Below are positions 59,607-64,000 of a stretch of 64,000 nucleotides of DNA, one piece after another (positions within the stretch are counted from its first letter, which is position 1; each line of letters opens with the position of its first letter). The stretch is from the NCBI GenBank assembly GCA_963822965.1, contig CAWGJT010000006.1, positions 864,001 through 928,000 of the forward strand, written 5' to 3'. Under the pieces are notes generated by a model. That model made no database searches and was not told the origin of the DNA. It saw only the letters and a list, made by a program, of their open reading frames with translations. This stretch comes from an uncultured delta proteobacterium (lineage in GTDB: Bacteria; Myxococcota_A; UBA9160; UBA4427). A program made the position numbers and the translations under genes.

Positions 59607-62231
59607 CTAGGAGCTGCGCTGGGTCTGGGTCAGGGAGCTGCGCACTTCGTCCAGGATCTCCTTGGCGGACTGGTAGCGCTGATTGGGGTCCTTCAGCAGG
59701 CAGCGGTTGATCACCGCGGCCAGGGAGTCCGGGAGCTCCGGCTGGAGCTCGCGGATGTCCGGCGGCGGCGTATGGACGTGGTGGTACGGGATGTTGCCCT
59801 CCTTGAAGGGCACGGCGCCGGCCGCCAGCTCGAAGAGCGTGACGCCGAGCGAGTAGATGTCGGTCCGGTGGTCGATGTTTCGGCCCAGGGTCTGCTCGGG
59901 GCTCATGTAGTAGGGAGTCCCCGAGACGACGGTGGTGTGGTTACGCACCTCTTCGATCACCTTGGCGAGACCGAAATCCATCAGCTTCGCCTTCTTGTCG
60001 CGCGTCCACATGACGTTGGCGGTCTTGATGTCGCGATGCACGACCTTCTTGTCGTGCGCGTACGCGAGGGCCTCGCACATCTGTACCAGCACGTGCAGGA
60101 TGCCGGCCGGCGCGATGGCGCCGCGCCGCCGCAGGATCTCCTTCAGGGTGGTGCCGTCGACGAACTCCATCGCGATGTAGTAGCGACCGTCCTGGGCGCC
60201 CGTGTCGTAGACGGTGACGATACCGGGATGGTTGAGCTTGGCGGCAGCCTGCGCCTCCCGGAGGAAGTTCTTCAGCGCCTGCGGGTTCTCCTGCAGCGCG
60301 TCCGGGAGCACCTTGTAGGCCACGAGGCGGTCGAGGGAGGTGTCCTTCGCCTTGTAGACGATTCCCATCCCGCCGCGGCCGAGCTCTCCCACGATCTGGT
60401 AACGACCGGGCTGCCCGTCGGCGGCCGGCTTGCCGCTGCCGCTGTTGTCGCCGAGCGTGGTCTCTCCGACCACCTTCACGCGCTCTCGCGCCTGGGCCAG
60501 CCGCTGCTCGACGTCCTTGTAGTGGTAGTCCAGCGCCAGGATGCGCTCGAAGATCTCCACCGCCCTCGCCGCCTCGTCGTTCGCGTCGCAGATGGTGGCG
60601 AGGGAGTAGTAGACGGGCATGGTGTCGCGGTCGAGCTCGCGGTCGCCGATCGCCTGCTTGAGCTTCTTGGTCGCGAGGGAGAGCTGCCCGCGCGCCAGGA
60701 AGATGTCGCCGAGCAGGGCCGAGGCCTCGGAGAATCCCTCGCTCTCCGGAGCCACCTTCTGCAGCACGGTGATGGCCTCGTCGTCCATGCCCTCCGCGTG
60801 GTAGGTCTGGCCCGAGAGGAGGTGCTCGCCGGCGCGGTCGAGCAGCTCGGCCTGCTTGTCACGCTGGCCCAGACGCGCGCGGCACTCCGCGGCCTCCTTG
60901 AACTTCTCGGCCTTCTCGTAGCAAGCGGCCGCGTTGCCGCCATCCTCCGCCAGGGAGTACATCTCGGCAGCCGCCGGGTAGTCGCGGGCGCGCATGAAGC
61001 AGTCGCCCGCCTTGCCGTACGCCTCGAGGGAGCGGTAGAGATCCCCGGCCGCCAGGTTGTCGCCGGCGTGCTCGAAGCACTCGGCGGCCTCCTTGGTCTC
61101 GCCGCGGTCGCGGTGGACGGTGGCGAGGATGCGCGCCGCCTCCTCGTCCTGCCCCAGGCTCCGCAGCGCGTCCGCGGCTCGCTCGGGCAGCGAAGCGTCC
61201 TGAAAGAGCTCCGCAGCCTTCGCGAACTGCTGCAGGGAGAGGGCGAGCTCCGCGGCCTCGGTGAAGCAGCCGCCGCGCTCGAGGATGGCCAGGGCCTTGT
61301 CGGGTTGCTCCGCGCGGCGGAAGAGCTTGCCGGCCTGCATCACCAGCTTGACCAGGTCCTGGTGGAATTTCGCATCGCCCTTGTTGCGGAGGCTCTCCTC
61401 GCCGTAGACCTGCTCGAGACACTCGGCGGCCGCGAGCCAGTCCTTGCACTTCACGTAGGCGGCCGCGGCGTGGCGCAGGAAGTCCGCCTGCTTGTAGCAC
61501 TTGGCGGCCTGGCGCATGTTGCCGCCCTTCTCGTACATCTCCGCCGCGACACTCGTGCTACCGATGCTCTCGTAGCACTGGGCCGCCCGGTCGAATTCCT
61601 CCTGCTGCGCGAAGATGGCCCCGGCGGACTCGTGCCGGCCGGCCTGGACGTAGAGCTCGGCGGACTCCAGGAAGCGGTTCTGGTCGTGGCGGATCTCGGC
61701 CGCGCGCACGAAGCTGCCCGCCTGGACGAAGTACTCGGCGGCCTTGTCGAAGTGCTGGGCGTCGAAGAGCAGCTCGGCGGCCTCCAGCACATCACCCTTG
61801 CGGGCGAGCATCTGGGCCTGCTTCTCGGCCTTCTTGAGGAGGCGCTTCTCGAGGCCGCTGGCCTTGCGGGTCTCCGGCTCCGCCGCGGCCTTCGCGTCCC
61901 CGCGCCCCGACTTGCTCTTCTTCGCCTTCTTCTCGCCGTCCTTCGCGACCGAAGGCTCCCCCCCGTCGCCCCCGCCCAGCAGCCCGGCCAGCAACAGCAC
62001 GAGCCCCGTCGGCGCGAGGCCGAATCGCAGGGCCGGCCAGACGAGCCACTGCTCGAGGCTCAACCCGAGCCCGGGGTCGCTGCTCGCCAGCGCCGCCGCG
62101 CCGTGCACGATCCCGCCCACGGCGTGGGTGAGCGAGGAGTCCGGCATGTAGGTCGCGAGCAGCCCGAACGAGCCAGCCACCAGGGCCGGCAGGGACAGCA
62201 GCACCATCAGGATCCGTCCGACGACGCGCAA
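59607..62231 (-). CDS. Membrane-anchored Hanks-type Ser/Thr kinase with long TPR/SNAP-like repeat region
   Basis: GGAGG before TTG; two N-terminal hydrophobic segments; AAE-x-Y/F repeats; GRGGMG, VAYK, HRDIKTAN, DFG, GTPYYMSPE. Confidence 0.92.
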   Translation of the reverse strand: MRVVGRILMVLLSLPALVAGSFGLLATYMPDSSLTHAVGGIVHGAAALASSDPGLGLSLEQWLVWPALRFGLAPTGLVLLLAGLLGGGDGGEPSVAKDGEKKAKKSKSGRGDAKAAAEPETRKASGLEKRLLKKAEKQAQMLARKGDVLEAAELLFDAQHFDKAAEYFVQAGSFVRAAEIRHDQNRFLESAELYVQAGRHESAGAIFAQQEEFDRAAQCYESIGSTSVAAEMYEKGGNMRQAAKCYKQADFLRHAAAAYVKCKDWLAAAECLEQVYGEESLRNKGDAKFHQDLVKLVMQAGKLFRRAEQPDKALAILERGGCFTEAAELALSLQQFAKAAELFQDASLPERAADALRSLGQDEEAARILATVHRDRGETKEAAECFEHAGDNLAAGDLYRSLEAYGKAGDCFMRARDYPAAAEMYSLAEDGGNAAACYEKAEKFKEAAECRARLGQRDKQAELLDRAGEHLLSGQTYHAEGMDDEAITVLQKVAPESEGFSEASALLGDIFLARGQLSLATKKLKQAIGDRELDRDTMPVYYSLATICDANDEAARAVEIFERILALDYHYKDVEQRLAQARERVKVVGETTLGDNSGSGKPAADGQPGRYQIVGELGRGGMGIVYKAKDTSLDRLVAYKVLPDALQENPQALKNFLREAQAAAKLNHPGIVTVYDTGAQDGRYYIAMEFVDGTTLKEILRRRGAIAPAGILHVLVQMCEALAYAHDKKVVHRDIKTANVMWTRDKKAKLMDFGLAKVIEEVRNHTTVVSGTPYYMSPEQTLGRNIDHRTDIYSLGVTLFELAAGAVPFKEGNIPYHHVHTPPPDIRELQPELPDSLAAVINRCLLKDPNQRYQSAKEILDEVRSSLTQTQRSS

Positions 62232-62353
62232 GACGCACCTCCGCGCCTGTCTATCGGTCGCCCCGCCGCCGGTGTTGAGGCCGGAGACCCGCGGGCCCCG
62301 AATCTCGCCGTCCGCTGGCGTGGCACGGTTCGAGGGACCCGCGAACCGGGGCC

Positions 62354-63379
62354 TCAGGACTCGAGCAGCTCGAGGGCGTCCCCGAAGTCGCCGACCGACT
62401 CGGCCACCTCCTCGGGTCGCTGGAAGGTGGCCACGTGGAAGATGGCGTCTCCCTCGTTCACCAGGGGCAGCTCCGTCCGGCCGATCACGACGCCGGCGTG
62501 GCTCGCCACGATCTCCAGCTCCTCGGTGCCCAGGGGATCGGCGATCACCCCGAGCATGTCGCCCTGGGCGACGTAGACGCCGAGGCTCGCGCGGGCGCGC
62601 AGGATGCCCGCCCCGGGCGCCCGGATCCAGTGGCTCGAGTTCGCCACGAAGGGCTCCCGGCGCGGCCCGCTCGCGCTCGAGCGGTACATGCCCAGGTGGC
62701 GCATCACCGAGAAGACCCCCCGGACGCCGGCCCGGATCGCACGCTCGTCGAAGCGCAGGGCTTCGCCGCCCTCGTACACCAGCATCGGGACGCTCCGCTC
62801 GAGCACCGCCTGGCGGAGCGACCCGTCCCGGACGTTGGCGTTCAGCAGCACGGGGACGCCGAAGGCACGGGCGAGCTCGCGCGTCTCGTCGTCGTCGAGG
62901 CACGCGCGCACCTGCGGCAGGTTGGCCCGGTGGACGGCCCCGGTGTGCAGATCGATTCCGTGGGTGGAGTTGTCCACCACCTCCTTCAGGAAGATGTGCG
63001 CGATGCGGCTGGCGAGCGACCCGCTGGGCGACCCCGGGAAGGAACGGTTCAGGTCGCGACGGTCCGGCAGGTAGCGCGAGAGCCCGACGAAGCCGAAGAG
63101 GTTGACCACGGGCACGGCGATCAGCGCACCCCGCATCCGCCGCACGAGTCGGCGCCGCAGCACGCGCCGGATGATCTCGACGCCGTTGATCTCGTCGCCG
63201 TGGAGCGCCGCGCACACGAAGAGCCGGGGCCCCGGCTGGGAGCCGTGGACGACCTCGATGGGTAGACGCACCTCGGCGCCGCTCACCCGCCGGCCGATGG
63301 GGATCTCGATGCGCGCGCGGCTCCCGGGTGCGACCAGGGTGCCCCCGATCGCGAGCGGGCCGCTCGAGTCGGCGCTCAC
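62354..63379 (-). CDS. Succinylglutamate desuccinylase/aspartoacylase (M14) family
   Basis: AALHGDEING, DRRDLNRSFPG, IDLHTG, YEGGE. Confidence 0.92.
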   Translation of the reverse strand: MSADSSGPLAIGGTLVAPGSRARIEIPIGRRVSGAEVRLPIEVVHGSQPGPRLFVCAALHGDEINGVEIIRRVLRRRLVRRMRGALIAVPVVNLFGFVGLSRYLPDRRDLNRSFPGSPSGSLASRIAHIFLKEVVDNSTHGIDLHTGAVHRANLPQVRACLDDDETRELARAFGVPVLLNANVRDGSLRQAVLERSVPMLVYEGGEALRFDERAIRAGVRGVFSVMRHLGMYRSSASGPRREPFVANSSHWIRAPGAGILRARASLGVYVAQGDMLGVIADPLGTEELEIVASHAGVVIGRTELPLVNEGDAIFHVATFQRPEEVAESVGDFGDALELLES

Positions 63380-63837
63380 GCGGGGTGCGGCCTGCGTGCC
63401 GTGCGCGGCTCGGGCCGGTCGAGCGCCATGCGACGGTCGACGTCGATGAGCAGGGGACCCGTCAGCGCGTTCCGTCCCAGCAGCATGCGGTGGATCATCT
63501 TCTCGCGGTCCACCAGGCTCACCTCGACTTCCTTGACGATGGGCCCGAGCCGTAGGGTCGTGCGCACGAAGATGCGCTGGGTGCGATGACCGGTGCTCGA
63601 GCGGACGACCCCGCGACGCACGATCCGGGTCTTCACGTGCACCCGCCGGCTCCGCTTCTTGCGGTGCAGGATCACATCGAATCCCACGTGGCCGCGCGGC
63701 AGCTCCTGGATGTTCTCGACGTGCAGCGCGCTGGTCCGCGCGCCCGTGTCCACCTTCGCCCGCAGCCTGGACACGCCCCAGTCCGGAAGGTCGACGTACT
63801 CGGTCCAGCCGATGATCACCGGCTCGCGCACTCTCAC
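63376..63837 (-). CDS. RimK-associated retropepsin-like protease (RimB / putative ATP-dependent Zn protease family)
   Basis: IGWTEYV, AKVDTGARTSALH, RSSTG, MLLGR. Confidence 0.9.
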   Translation of the reverse strand: MRVREPVIIGWTEYVDLPDWGVSRLRAKVDTGARTSALHVENIQELPRGHVGFDVILHRKKRSRRVHVKTRIVRRGVVRSSTGHRTQRIFVRTTLRLGPIVKEVEVSLVDREKMIHRMLLGRNALTGPLLIDVDRRMALDRPEPRTARRPHPA

Positions 63838-64000
63838 TCGGAGCCCTCGCGCTCCGGGGTCTCCGGGGAGGCATCGAGGTGCAGCCTCCCCTTCCGGGAC
63901 CGGGACGGCCGGGGCGATCGGGGCGGCGCCAGCCCGCGCAGGGTGAGGTTCTTTCCGAAGCAGAGCAACACGTCGCCCGGAAGCAGCTCACGGGTGCTCT
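63834..64000 (-). CDS. 3' end of probable RimK-family ligase with TrkA-C domain (partial)
   Basis: STRELLPGDVLLCFGKNLTLRGL...*; GTGA-coupled to the protease. The RimK call rests largely on context. Confidence 0.55.
   Translation of the reverse strand, partial: STRELLPGDVLLCFGKNLTLRGLAPPRSPRPSRSRKGRLHLDASPETPEREGSE

Overview
GC-rich bacterial window. Gene content (PEP-CTERM protein, TIGR02266-like PilZ, giant TPR protein, pnp-dut order, PyrD/PyrK type 1B) suggests a Myxococcota/deltaproteobacterial lineage; this is inference. Positions ~16.4-64 kb are mostly core genes: nucleotide-sugar dehydrogenase, pgsA, lytic transglycosylase, nadB, asnB-GT4, GS-like ligase, purF, purC, porin, SulP, the rimP-nusA-infB-rbfA-truB-rpsO-pnp-dut-cdsA run, pyrK/pyrD, a 2659-aa TPR protein, lpxC, a Ser/Thr kinase and a rimK-type cluster. 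Positions 1-16.2 kb lie downstream of a tRNA-Gly(GCC) and form a mosaic accessory region. Its most unusual feature is three same-orientation copies of a 47-77 bp double-hairpin element (761, 5071, 7761) plus a diverged inverted relative (616-675). They resemble IS91/ISCR oriIS ends, separate gene modules and abut truncated gene remnants, with no cognate transposase in the window. The region also holds a decayed tRNA-Gly att-like copy, an IS66 remnant, a PEP-CTERM multicopper oxidase, and a eukaryote-like EGF-repeat protein joined onto an orphan PEP-CTERM tail. Single-base insertions break nusA, pyrD, pyrK and a GT-C gene and are most likely sequencing errors. All functional calls come from reading motifs by eye; no searches were run.
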